Below, piece by piece: positions 18,994-27,333 of a DNA stretch of 64,000 nt; positions within the stretch are counted from its first letter, which is position 1; the number at the start of each line of letters is the position of its first letter. The stretch is from an uncultured bacterium (lineage in GTDB: Bacteria > Abyssobacteria > SURF-5). The stretch covers positions 32,001-96,000 of the forward strand of contig CAZSKP010000012.1 of NCBI GenBank assembly GCA_964607485.1, written 5' to 3'. The translations under genes were made by a program, and so were the position numbers. The notes below the pieces were generated by a model. That model had not been told where the DNA came from. It worked only from the letters and a program-made list of their open reading frames with translations, and made no database searches.

Positions 18994-21903
18994 TTATGCC
19001 TTCTCAACCTCGACCGATATCGCGCGGTCGATAGGCTGGGTGCACCAGTTCCATCGATAATAATTCAGATGACCGTAGCCCGCTGCCAGGTCGAGCCACT
19101 TCATCATGCCCGGGATCGCCGTGTCGTAGCTCTTCCACTTCTCAAACTGGTACGGCTCCCAGGCGTGATAGATTATCACCTGGCCCGGCCTCGGCCCCTT
19201 TTCCGAACGGGCCGCCGAGGTCAGCTTGACGTGAACCGTGAAATCGTCGAAGTCGTTGTGCACACGAACGAGGTCGCCGTCCTTGATGCCCCGCTTCTTT
19301 GCATCTTCGGCGTTCATGAACATGAACGGGCGGCCCTGGTGCGTGCGTGAGAGCACGTTGTCGGTGATCCATATCGAATGGATGCTCCACCTCTGGTGGC
19401 CGCTCGTCATGCGGAGCGGGTAGTTGCCCCCCATCTTCGGGTTGTCCTTGTGGACGGGGAAGCCCTCTCCGGCTTCGAGGAACCAGTCGTGGTCGATGTA
19501 GAAGCTGATCCTGCGATTGTACGTGGGATACGGGATCTTCTTCGGGCCGGTGTGGAACGTGAGCGGCACAATCGGCTCGTCGGGCTTGATCTCGGTCATG
19601 AGATGTTTGGCGATTATGTCCATGTCGGACACTTTCGTGAAGCGCACGATGCCGTCCCTGCGAAGAGTTTCGAGGGTCGTGTCCTCCGGCAGTGTGCCGA
19701 GCTTGGCGCTGAGCTTGAGCGCGTCGTCGAGCGTTTCGTCGCCGCTCGTACGCTCCAGCGTCTGTCGTTTGACCAATTGCGTCATGTCAAATTCAACCCC
19801 TTGGCGGGATTTGAACTTGGTGTAGTTCCTCTGCTCAGCAAGCTGCTTCATCCTCTCAGCCATCAGGCGGCCGACCTCCCATTCCTCTTTGGCTTCGCCG
19901 AGGGGCTGAACGGCCGCCTCGGTGAGCGTCAGCCACGGCACGTGAGGAGTGGGAAAACGTGTGTCGGTCTTCTCGTAGAACCCCGCCCCGGGCATGACCA
20001 TGTCGGACAGAAGCGCCGTAGTGCTCCAGCGGGTTTCTATCGTGAAGATGAATTTGTACTGCTTCCACAGTTCCGGATATATGTTCTTCCACCAGCCGCG
20101 GTTTTTTCGAGCGGGACTCGTGCCCATGAAGCAATAAACGAGCGGCTTCTGGTCGGGCGCCGGCCGCACGAGGCCGTCCCACCAGCCTTTGTCGATCGCC
20201 TCGTTCATGTATTCGTCGAAGCTGCGCTTCATCGTTGGGCAGTGCCACTCTTTCTTGTTCCATGTGTCGCGGTAATTGGAATGGAAGTAGTAGAGGAAAG
20301 CCGGCGGCACCATGCCCAGCCGTTCTCTGTCCGCGTTGCGCTCAAGCTCCCTCTGAATAATCTCGTCGGTTAGCTCGGGGTCTTTGGCCTTGAGCATGAA
20401 CTTGTCGAGCCTCGATTCGCCATACTGGAGGAGCGACGTCAGTCCCCTCCTTTCGCGGATCATCAGCGCCGTCGCCCCGTCGAACAGCGACTCGCTCCAG
20501 CCGCGGATTCCGCTGCCCTTGTTGCCCACGCTTCCGGTGAGCGCCAGCAGCAGGCACATCGAACGCTCCATCAGGTCGCCGTGGTAGTACTTGGACGAGT
20601 TCCAGCCGACGAGCACCTGCACATGGCCGCGCGCCTTCCACGCCTTGTGCGCAACACGCCGGATGGTGTCGGGATGCACGCCGCACAGCTCCGACGCCTT
20701 CTCGGGAGTGTAATCGCGGTCGAGTATCTCTTTATAGACGCCGAAACCGGGCCTCACCTCGACGCGTTTGCCGTCGTTCAGCGTGACGGTGTACGTGCCC
20801 TCGAGGGCGGGGTCGCACGGAAGCGCGAGCGTGCCGCGCGGCGCCTTGACGGGCGCATTGGTCGCCGGGTCCCAGAAATACATCTGGTCTTCCAATCCGC
20901 CGCCGGTCAGGTCGGTCTCGCGGAGGAACTTCTTGGTGTCCATCCTGATGAGCAGCGGGAAATCGGTCTGCTCTTTTAAGAACGACTTGTCGTACGTGCC
21001 CTCGGATATGAGCACCTGCGCCATTCCGAGCCCGAACGCCGCGTCGGCGCCAGGCTCCACCGGAACCCATTCGTCGGCGTGGACCGCCGAGGGCGAATAG
21101 TCGGGCGCGATGGTGATCACCTCGGTGCCGTTGTACCGCGCCTCGGATATGAAGTGGTACGACGGGATGCGGGTGTACACGGGGTTCATGTGCCAGATGA
21201 GGATGAGCTTCCCGAAGAACCATCCGTCGCACGAATCGCAGAACTGGAACTTGCCGAACGTTTCGTAAACGCCCTTGTTGAAATCTCCGATGGTGGAGTT
21301 GAGGTCGAGCTCGGTGGCGCCCAGGCCGCTGAAGAACCGGAATATCGTTATCAGATGTATCCAGCCCCCGTTTCCCGGGCCCGGCTCATAGATAATGGAT
21401 TCCGGACCCTCGGTCTGGATGGCGTCCATCAGGTGTGTGCACGTCGTGTCTATGGCTTCCTCCCAGGAGATCCTTTTCCACTTGCCTTCGCCTCGTTCGC
21501 CCACGCGCTTCATCGGATACTTCACGCGGTCGGGGTTGTACATCATGTTGCTGTACGAACAGCCCTTCTGACAGCCGCGCGGATTCCAGTCGGGGCCGGT
21601 CGCGTCTATGACCGGATACTTGCCCGCCTGCTCCTCGCGCCACACGACGCCGTCCTTGGTGTACACACGCCACAGGCAGTTTCCGGGATAGCAGTCCACG
21701 AGATGTGTGCCGTAGGTGATCTTGTCCCACTTCCATTCATCTCTGTGGAGGCCCTCCCAATTCTTGTACTCCCATTTCTGGAAGACCTTCTCGGTGGCGT
21801 GGGCCACTCCTCCGAGGAAACCCAGCGAGTCGAGCGAAAGCGCCAGCGCCGTAGTACCCGTAATCTTCAGGAACTGACGCCTCGTGAATCTGAACTCCGA
21901 CAT
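18994..21903 (-). CDS. Tat-exported Mo-bisPGD catalytic alpha subunit of the ethylbenzene dehydrogenase / steroid C25 dehydrogenase-like clade
   Basis: Tat signal FTRRQFLK; FS0 motif GTHLVDCYPGNC...NPRGCQKG; RVKYPMKRVGERGEGKWKRISW; IGDF with candidate Asp Mo ligand; HQRWSIHS. At 969 aa it is shorter than NarG. Confidence 0.92.
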   Translation of the reverse strand: MSEFRFTRRQFLKITGTTALALSLDSLGFLGGVAHATEKVFQKWEYKNWEGLHRDEWKWDKITYGTHLVDCYPGNCLWRVYTKDGVVWREEQAGKYPVIDATGPDWNPRGCQKGCSYSNMMYNPDRVKYPMKRVGERGEGKWKRISWEEAIDTTCTHLMDAIQTEGPESIIYEPGPGNGGWIHLITIFRFFSGLGATELDLNSTIGDFNKGVYETFGKFQFCDSCDGWFFGKLILIWHMNPVYTRIPSYHFISEARYNGTEVITIAPDYSPSAVHADEWVPVEPGADAAFGLGMAQVLISEGTYDKSFLKEQTDFPLLIRMDTKKFLRETDLTGGGLEDQMYFWDPATNAPVKAPRGTLALPCDPALEGTYTVTLNDGKRVEVRPGFGVYKEILDRDYTPEKASELCGVHPDTIRRVAHKAWKARGHVQVLVGWNSSKYYHGDLMERSMCLLLALTGSVGNKGSGIRGWSESLFDGATALMIRERRGLTSLLQYGESRLDKFMLKAKDPELTDEIIQRELERNADRERLGMVPPAFLYYFHSNYRDTWNKKEWHCPTMKRSFDEYMNEAIDKGWWDGLVRPAPDQKPLVYCFMGTSPARKNRGWWKNIYPELWKQYKFIFTIETRWSTTALLSDMVMPGAGFYEKTDTRFPTPHVPWLTLTEAAVQPLGEAKEEWEVGRLMAERMKQLAEQRNYTKFKSRQGVEFDMTQLVKRQTLERTSGDETLDDALKLSAKLGTLPEDTTLETLRRDGIVRFTKVSDMDIIAKHLMTEIKPDEPIVPLTFHTGPKKIPYPTYNRRISFYIDHDWFLEAGEGFPVHKDNPKMGGNYPLRMTSGHQRWSIHSIWITDNVLSRTHQGRPFMFMNAEDAKKRGIKDGDLVRVHNDFDDFTVHVKLTSAARSEKGPRPGQVIIYHAWEPYQFEKWKSYDTAIPGMMKWLDLAAGYGHLNYYRWNWCTQPIDRAISVEVEKA

Positions 21904-21958
21904 AAGAACCTCCTTGCTCCAAAAACCCCCTGGCCGCGGCGCCTCGCGCGGCCCTTTG

Positions 21959-23035
21959 TCACGGTTTCAGCGCAATCTTGATAACGTTATCGAGTTTTTT
22001 GTCAAACATTTCGTATGCTCTCACACCTTCGTCCAGCGACATGGTGTGAGTGATCAGCGGAGTAGTGTCGAGCAGTCCCGCCTCGATTATTTTCAAGAGT
22101 CTGTCCATGTGCACGACATTGACGAGGCCCATGGTAACGCCTATGTTCTTCACGGCGAGCTGCGGCATCAAGAGTTCCTGCGCTTCTTCAAAAAGGCCGA
22201 CGATCGACACGTTCCCGCCCGGCCTGACGGCCTGGAAGGCGGCATCCAGAGTGGGTTTTATCCCGACGGCCTCTATCGCCACGTCCGCTCCGCTGCGGCT
22301 GGTGAATTCCTCGAGCAGGTCCTGGGGCGCTCCGCCCGTCAGGTCCTTTATCTGCTCGACCGCATCGGTCTTGGAGGGATCGATCGTATGCGTCGCCCCG
22401 AGCTTCTTCGCCACTTCGAGCCGGTTTGCTATGGGATCGACGACGATCAGCTTGGACGGGCTGAAAAGCCTTGCGCACGCCGTCGCGCAGAGCCCCACCG
22501 GGCCGCCCCCGAAAACGGCGACCGCATCGCCCGGCGCCGTCTTCCCGTTGATTACGCCGAAATACCCGGTGGACAGGATGTCGCCCACGAACAGCACCTG
22601 TTCGTCGGTCAGCCCGTCGGGAATCTTGTGCATCCCGATCTGAGCGAACGGAACGCGCACGTATTCGGCCTGAGCGCCGACGAAGCTACCCAGTATCGGT
22701 CCGCAGCCGTATATGCCCCCCCGGACGCATTTGGCCGCCAGACCCTTCAGGCACATCTCACACTTTCCGCACTGCACCGTGGCCGCCACCGCCACCCGGT
22801 CGCCGACCTCGAATCCTTCGACCCGGTCGCCGAGCTCTTCGACGACGCCGACGAATTCGTGCCCGATGGTATCGCCGGGCATCATCGGCGCGGCGCCGCG
22901 GACCATGTGGATGTCGCTTCCGCAGATACTCGTCAGCGTGACCTTGACGATCGCGTCGTCGGGGTCCTGCAGCGTGGGTCTGGCGACATCGGCCACCGCC
23001 ACCTTATCGACTTCTTCGAACACTATCGCTTTCAT
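21959..23035 (-). CDS. Zinc-dependent alcohol dehydrogenase (MDR family)
   Basis: ICGSDIH, GHEFVG, CGKCEMC-x7-C and FGGGPVG motifs; no signal peptide. Confidence 0.92.
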   Translation of the reverse strand: MKAIVFEEVDKVAVADVARPTLQDPDDAIVKVTLTSICGSDIHMVRGAAPMMPGDTIGHEFVGVVEELGDRVEGFEVGDRVAVAATVQCGKCEMCLKGLAAKCVRGGIYGCGPILGSFVGAQAEYVRVPFAQIGMHKIPDGLTDEQVLFVGDILSTGYFGVINGKTAPGDAVAVFGGGPVGLCATACARLFSPSKLIVVDPIANRLEVAKKLGATHTIDPSKTDAVEQIKDLTGGAPQDLLEEFTSRSGADVAIEAVGIKPTLDAAFQAVRPGGNVSIVGLFEEAQELLMPQLAVKNIGVTMGLVNVVHMDRLLKIIEAGLLDTTPLITHTMSLDEGVRAYEMFDKKLDNVIKIALKP

Positions 23036-23298
23036 GTTTCCCCGTTAGTAAATGGAACCATCGTTATGGCGTTCCACGGACAGCCCTCTATGCGGGCGCC
23101 GAGGTAACCGCGCGTCGTGCAACTGCGGCACCCGGTACATTTGTCCGGATTTACCCGCATGCGCTTAAAAAGAAAACTGCTTTCGTCGGCCACATACTCG
23201 AGCGCTCCCTCGGCCGGACAGTACATCTTGCAGACGGGCGTGCCCGCACAGCCCGTGCAGCTTTCGTCTATGGAGGCGACGAAGCGCTTTTTCGCCAT
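23032..23298 (-). CDS. 2[4Fe-4S] ferredoxin with insertions
   Basis: CTGCAGTPVCKMYCP and CTGCRSC-x12-CP; ATGA overlap with the ADH start. Confidence 0.85.
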   Translation of the reverse strand: MAKKRFVASIDESCTGCAGTPVCKMYCPAEGALEYVADESSFLFKRMRVNPDKCTGCRSCTTRGYLGARIEGCPWNAITMVPFTNGET

Positions 23299-23327
23299 GG
23301 GCCTGGTTTGCCCTCCACAAGGCCCGC

Positions 23328-23915
23328 TCAGCCGACGCGAACGAAAACCTTTTGCCTCTCGAATTCCTGTATGTCAAACACGACGCTGGTATCGACGACC
23401 AGGTTGCCGCGGTCGTTTGTGTATATCTTGAGCCTGTCGAGCGGCCTGGGCGCCGGGCCAGCGAAGTTGACTCCGTTTGAATGGAACTGGCTGCCGTGAC
23501 ACGGACACTTGTAGATGCCCAGTCCCGGAAACCAGTTCACCGTACAGCCGAGGTGCGTGCATCGCGCGAAAAGCGCATATATCCGCGAAGTTTCGCGGAT
23601 GACAAAAAACCGGTTCTGTTTCTTCCACCTGGGCTCGACGTAGATGACGCCGTACGCGTCGGGGTCGGCGCCGGTGGAGAAATCGTCAACCGTTCCTATT
23701 TCGAAGGTGCTCGGCGGGTGAAACACGACGGAGGGCGAGAAAAAGCGGACCGTCTCGACGGCGCCCGCAGCCGTCAGGCCGAACAGCGTTCCCCATCCGA
23801 TGACGGAGAGGCTCTTCTCCAACAGCTCGCGCCGCGTTATGCCGAATGAGGACGCCGCGGCCGCTGCATCGCTCAACGTTGTCTTGGCTTCCGTCATGTG
23901 TGTGCTCACGGTCAA
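23328..23915 (-). CDS. Rieske [2Fe-2S] subunit of a Rieske/cytochrome b complex (start possibly 23897)
   Basis: CTHLGC and CPCHGS boxes, GPAPRPL, and a Tat-like TRRELL followed by a TM anchor. Confidence 0.93.
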   Translation of the reverse strand: MTVSTHMTEAKTTLSDAAAAASSFGITRRELLEKSLSVIGWGTLFGLTAAGAVETVRFFSPSVVFHPPSTFEIGTVDDFSTGADPDAYGVIYVEPRWKKQNRFFVIRETSRIYALFARCTHLGCTVNWFPGLGIYKCPCHGSQFHSNGVNFAGPAPRPLDRLKIYTNDRGNLVVDTSVVFDIQEFERQKVFVRVG

Positions 23916-23930
23916 GCCACGGGCAAAAAC

Positions 23931-24677
23931 TCAAATCCGCTCGCGCTCGAGCTCGCGGCTTATCTTGAGTATCAGCCTCTTCCGAAGTATCCCGATGAGG
24001 CTGTTCAGCAGGTTTATGCCGCTTTCGGCCATTTCGACCATCTCATCGAATGACAACCTGCCCGTGACGCTCCTGGAGAAAAACCTTACCTCTTGCTTTG
24101 CCAGGACCTCGATCAGGTCCGAGTACATCTTCAGGAACTCCGACGTAAAGCCGGCCTCTCTCGTATAGCCCGCCTCGCGGAGCTTATTGAGTATTTCCAC
24201 TATTCTCACGCAATCCTCGTCGAAAAGCCCGTCGGGCCGGCGCGAGATGACGCCAATGCGCTCCAGCTCCTCCACCTCGTCAATGCTGACCCCTGCGCGG
24301 GCGCTCAATTGCTGTATGTCCGGGGGTTGAAACTTAGGAAGGGCGGAAAGGTTCTTGAAGAGCTTCCCCTCGAGCTGCAGGAGGGTCTTGACCTCCTCGC
24401 TGTCCATTGGGTTTTCGTTCTCCTCGAGCATCTGCTTGATTATGCTGAGCGGGAGAAACCTCTTTTCCTGCAATTCCCTTATCAGCTTTATTCTGCCGAC
24501 ATAGCTCTGGTCGTAATAGGCCATGTTGCGATGCGTCTTGAGCGGTTTCGGCAGGAGCCCCTCGTTGATGTAATACCGAATCGTGCCTGGCGGCACACCA
24601 GTCATTTTCGACAGTTCGCGCATCTTGAGGAGCTTTTCGCGGGCGGAGGGTTTGCTTCTTGCAGAAGAGAAATCCAT
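23931..24677 (-). CDS. MerR-family transcriptional regulator
   Basis: MRELSKMTGVPPGTIRYYINEGLLP HTH and a second HTH-like segment. The tracked TTG start at 24782 coincides with the -35 hexamer, so ATG 24677 is preferred. Confidence 0.88.
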   Translation of the reverse strand: MDFSSARSKPSAREKLLKMRELSKMTGVPPGTIRYYINEGLLPKPLKTHRNMAYYDQSYVGRIKLIRELQEKRFLPLSIIKQMLEENENPMDSEEVKTLLQLEGKLFKNLSALPKFQPPDIQQLSARAGVSIDEVEELERIGVISRRPDGLFDEDCVRIVEILNKLREAGYTREAGFTSEFLKMYSDLIEVLAKQEVRFFSRSVTGRLSFDEMVEMAESGINLLNSLIGILRKRLILKISRELERERI

Positions 24678-24722
24678 ATCCCTAAAATCGCATTGCCGAG
24701 TGTATGGAGAGGGATGGTTAAA

Positions 24723-24738
24723 AGTTAACAGTTTAACT
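24723..24738. promoter_or_regulatory. Candidate operator (inverted repeat)
   Basis: AGTTAA-N4-TTAACT just downstream of the predicted -10, overlapping a second GTTAA-N3-TTAAC at 24717-24729. Confidence 0.5.
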
Positions 24739-24753
24739 ATGTACCTTGCGCAT

Positions 24754-24782
24754 AACTTACCATATAGCAGAGGTTTTGTCAA
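24754..24782 (-). promoter_or_regulatory. sigma70 promoter of the MerR/Rieske/molybdoenzyme operon
   Basis: Minus strand TTGACA-N17-TAAGTT with TGG immediately before the -10. Confidence 0.65.
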
Positions 24783-25055
24783 GTTCTTTTTCCCGATTTC
24801 TGACGCCTAAACAGTGTCTAAATCGGCTCCTGACATGGATTTATTGAGTCCAGTATTTTTTCTGAACATGGTTCATATTCGCTGCGCACGGTTCATCAGA
24901 CGCCGACCTTCCGGCATGTCCAGAGCCTTCGTCAAAGGTAGGCTGAGTCATTGGGACAAGCATGTTGTCACCCCGGCCCCATTGTTCGGGACAGTGAATG
25001 TGTCCGGCGAATGTGGGAGTGCAAACCTCCGATCGGTGTCGGGGACAAGTTCGCA

Positions 25056-25169
25056 GTCATTGCGAGGGAGAGTCACCGACTCGACCGAAGCAATCTCGGA
25101 CGCGTCTTCCCAATAGTCTCGGGATTGCTTCGTCGCCCGAGCTTGCAGCTCTTTGCTCCTCGCAATGAC
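25056..25169. repeat. REP-like paired palindrome (GTCAT...ATGAC family)
   Basis: GTCATTGCGAGGGAG...CGAAGCAATCTC ... GGGATTGCTTCG...CTCCTCGCAATGAC. Confidence 0.78.
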
Positions 25170-25397
25170 GAGGCAGGGAACATTGGAGGGTGAGGAACTA
25201 ATTGGACAGCAGTCCATATAGTCCCGGCAGTCGTATGACGTAGGATGACGCTCCGATGAATGTCAAACGGTCACGAGGGAAGTGCCTCTCCTGTGGCTGA
25301 CCGCGGGCGGTCAGGTGGGAGCCGGCCGCAGCGGCGCTCTCTCGATTACTTCTACTACCATATTTAATCATGGCGAAATTAAGTGTGAATAAAACTC

Positions 25398-25426
25398 TTG
25401 ACAAACAATAGACGCCGTGGTACAAT
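25398..25426 (+). promoter_or_regulatory. sigma70 promoter of the polysaccharide operon
   Basis: TTGACA-N17-TACAAT with extended -10 TG. Confidence 0.75.
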
Positions 25427-25533
25427 CTCCTAAACCTCAACATAGTGCATTATTGTAAACAGGCCATACCACATGTTGGAGAGACGAATTCAAAACCAAC
25501 GGGGACTGAAGACCAGAGAAAGGGAGGGTTCCA

Positions 25534-25986
25534 ATGCGCTATAGGTCAATTGTTGTGCCGGCGCTCGCACTATGCCTGTCGCTGTGTATGACGCCGGAAC
25601 CGGTCGGCGCGGCTCAGAAGCGGGTAACGCAGGGTGAGTATGCCGTGGCGCTCGCGAAAAAGCTTGAGATTGCCGAGTCTCCGACCGTCGCCGAAGCCGT
25701 CAGCCGACTCAAGCATTTGGGTGTCGAACCCGACAAGGGTTGGAAGTCGGACGCGGAAATGACCCCGGAGCTGGTTGAGCAGCTTTACCGTCGGTTGGTC
25801 GACGCAGTCGAGGAGGGCAAGCTCGATTTCTCGGTCGATCAGCTGAAGAAAATACTTCGCGACCTGGCTGTGAGCTTCGACCTGCCTTTCCCGTCAAAGC
25901 TGCCTCGCAGTTCGGGGGCGCCGCCGGCCCCATCTCCATCCAGTATCGGCGTGGGCGGCGGCGGGGGCGCGAGCGTATCCGAGTGA
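25534..25986 (+). CDS. Small secreted protein with Ser/Pro/Gly-rich C-terminal tail
   Basis: RBS GGGAGGG, signal peptide, helical body, tail SSGAPPAPSPSSIGVGGGGGASVSE. Confidence 0.75.
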   Translation: MRYRSIVVPALALCLSLCMTPEPVGAAQKRVTQGEYAVALAKKLEIAESPTVAEAVSRLKHLGVEPDKGWKSDAEMTPELVEQLYRRLVDAVEEGKLDFSVDQLKKILRDLAVSFDLPFPSKLPRSSGAPPAPSPSSIGVGGGGGASVSE

Positions 25987-26051
25987 GTGCGCGGGCGCTG
26001 TGAGAAGACTCTCCGTTTGCATTTCTCATAGATAAGGAAAAGGAGAGCGAA

Positions 26052-27317
26052 ATGACCAGAAAAGCATTCTTTCTCCGGTCACACGGATTGAGTCACTGCG
26101 TCTTGGCTGCGGCAGTTGTCGGTCTCCTCGCGACGGTGAGCGCCCGCGCTCACGCGCAGGGGCCCATCGTGTATCCGGGCTATGTTCCGCCGCTCGAGCT
26201 TCGGGAGTATCCGGGCAACATACGGTGCGGGCCGGTTCGCATCTATTCCGGGCTGGCATTGTCGGAAGAATACACCGACAACGCCTTCCTGACCGCCAAC
26301 AACGAGAAAGAAGATTTCCTCAGCATCTTCAGCCCTTCGCTCGCGCTGCAATTGCCCATGCGGCGGCACGAGTTGCAGTTGGAGTACCGCATCGACGTGA
26401 TACGGCGCGGGACCTATGAGCGCTACGATACCGAAGATCACTACGCGCAGGCTCTGGCGAACTTGCGCTTCGGTCGCGGGCTGACGCTCAAGCTGGGCGA
26501 CACGTTCCTCCGCACCGCGACGCCCCCGGATTTTTTGGGCGACACGCTCGACGAGTTCAACTTCAATGCGTCAACCGTCCAGGCGACCTACGAGTTCGGC
26601 ACGCGCTACAGGCTCCAAGCCGACTACACGTATTCGGTCAAGGACTACGACAGGTCGGCGGCGGAGATAGACAATTTTCGGGAACATGCCGCCAGCACGA
26701 CGCTGTACTATCGCTTCCTGCCGAAGACGTGGGCGCTGGTGGAATACTATTTCTCCCGCGTTGACAACAACGATAAGGGCGGCCCCTCGACGGACAACGA
26801 CAATCACAGAGTGTGGGCGGGGCTGTCGTGGGAGCCGACGGCGAAGATTCGGGGAACGGCAAAGGGCGGATACATCGAGCGGGATTACGACCGAGGCATA
26901 AGCAGCCGCGACAGCTTCGGGATGCAGGCGGCGGTGCAGTACTCGCTCACGAACCGAACGACGTTCGACCTCTCTGCCTCGCGCGAGATCATCCAGACCG
27001 AGTTCACCCGCGAAGAGCAGTTTTACGGTGTGGACTACTATCGCACCGGGGGAACGCTCGTGCTGAGGCAAAAGATGGCGTCGAAAATATACGGTGTTGC
27101 CGAAGGCTCTTTTTTCACTGACGACTACAACTCAAAGGGGGTCATCGGGAAGAAGAGGGAAGACGACCGGGTCTCCGTCGGGCTGGGTCTGGAATACCAC
27201 CTCAGAAACTCGATGGCCCTGATATTCAAGTACTTGTATATCGACAACGATTCAAACGTAGCAAGCGAGGATTACACCGAAAACCAAGCCTTTGTCTCGT
27301 TATCGCTGGCGTTCTGA
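26052..27317 (+). CDS. Outer-membrane beta-barrel protein associated with polysaccharide export
   Basis: Signal peptide, EEYTDNAF motif, amphipathic Tyr-rich strands, C-terminal Phe (VSLSLAF); directly upstream of the OPX gene. Confidence 0.85.
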   Translation: MTRKAFFLRSHGLSHCVLAAAVVGLLATVSARAHAQGPIVYPGYVPPLELREYPGNIRCGPVRIYSGLALSEEYTDNAFLTANNEKEDFLSIFSPSLALQLPMRRHELQLEYRIDVIRRGTYERYDTEDHYAQALANLRFGRGLTLKLGDTFLRTATPPDFLGDTLDEFNFNASTVQATYEFGTRYRLQADYTYSVKDYDRSAAEIDNFREHAASTTLYYRFLPKTWALVEYYFSRVDNNDKGGPSTDNDNHRVWAGLSWEPTAKIRGTAKGGYIERDYDRGISSRDSFGMQAAVQYSLTNRTTFDLSASREIIQTEFTREEQFYGVDYYRTGGTLVLRQKMASKIYGVAEGSFFTDDYNSKGVIGKKREDDRVSVGLGLEYHLRNSMALIFKYLYIDNDSNVASEDYTENQAFVSLSLAF

Positions 27318-27333
27318 TGCAACGCTGAAAGGA

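Noticed and set aside
17079-21903. Respiratory nitrate reductase NarGHJI
   Set aside because: The beta subunit is NarH-like, but alpha is 969 aa with a Tat signal, gamma is a soluble EbdC-type heme b protein, and no NarI or nitrate transporter is present. Another oxyanion reductase cannot be excluded without a phylogeny.
21932-21953. GC hairpin between the ADH and alpha genes as a terminator
   Set aside because: 7-bp stem, but the T-run is six bases away and the alpha RBS follows directly; more likely a stability or processing element, if anything.
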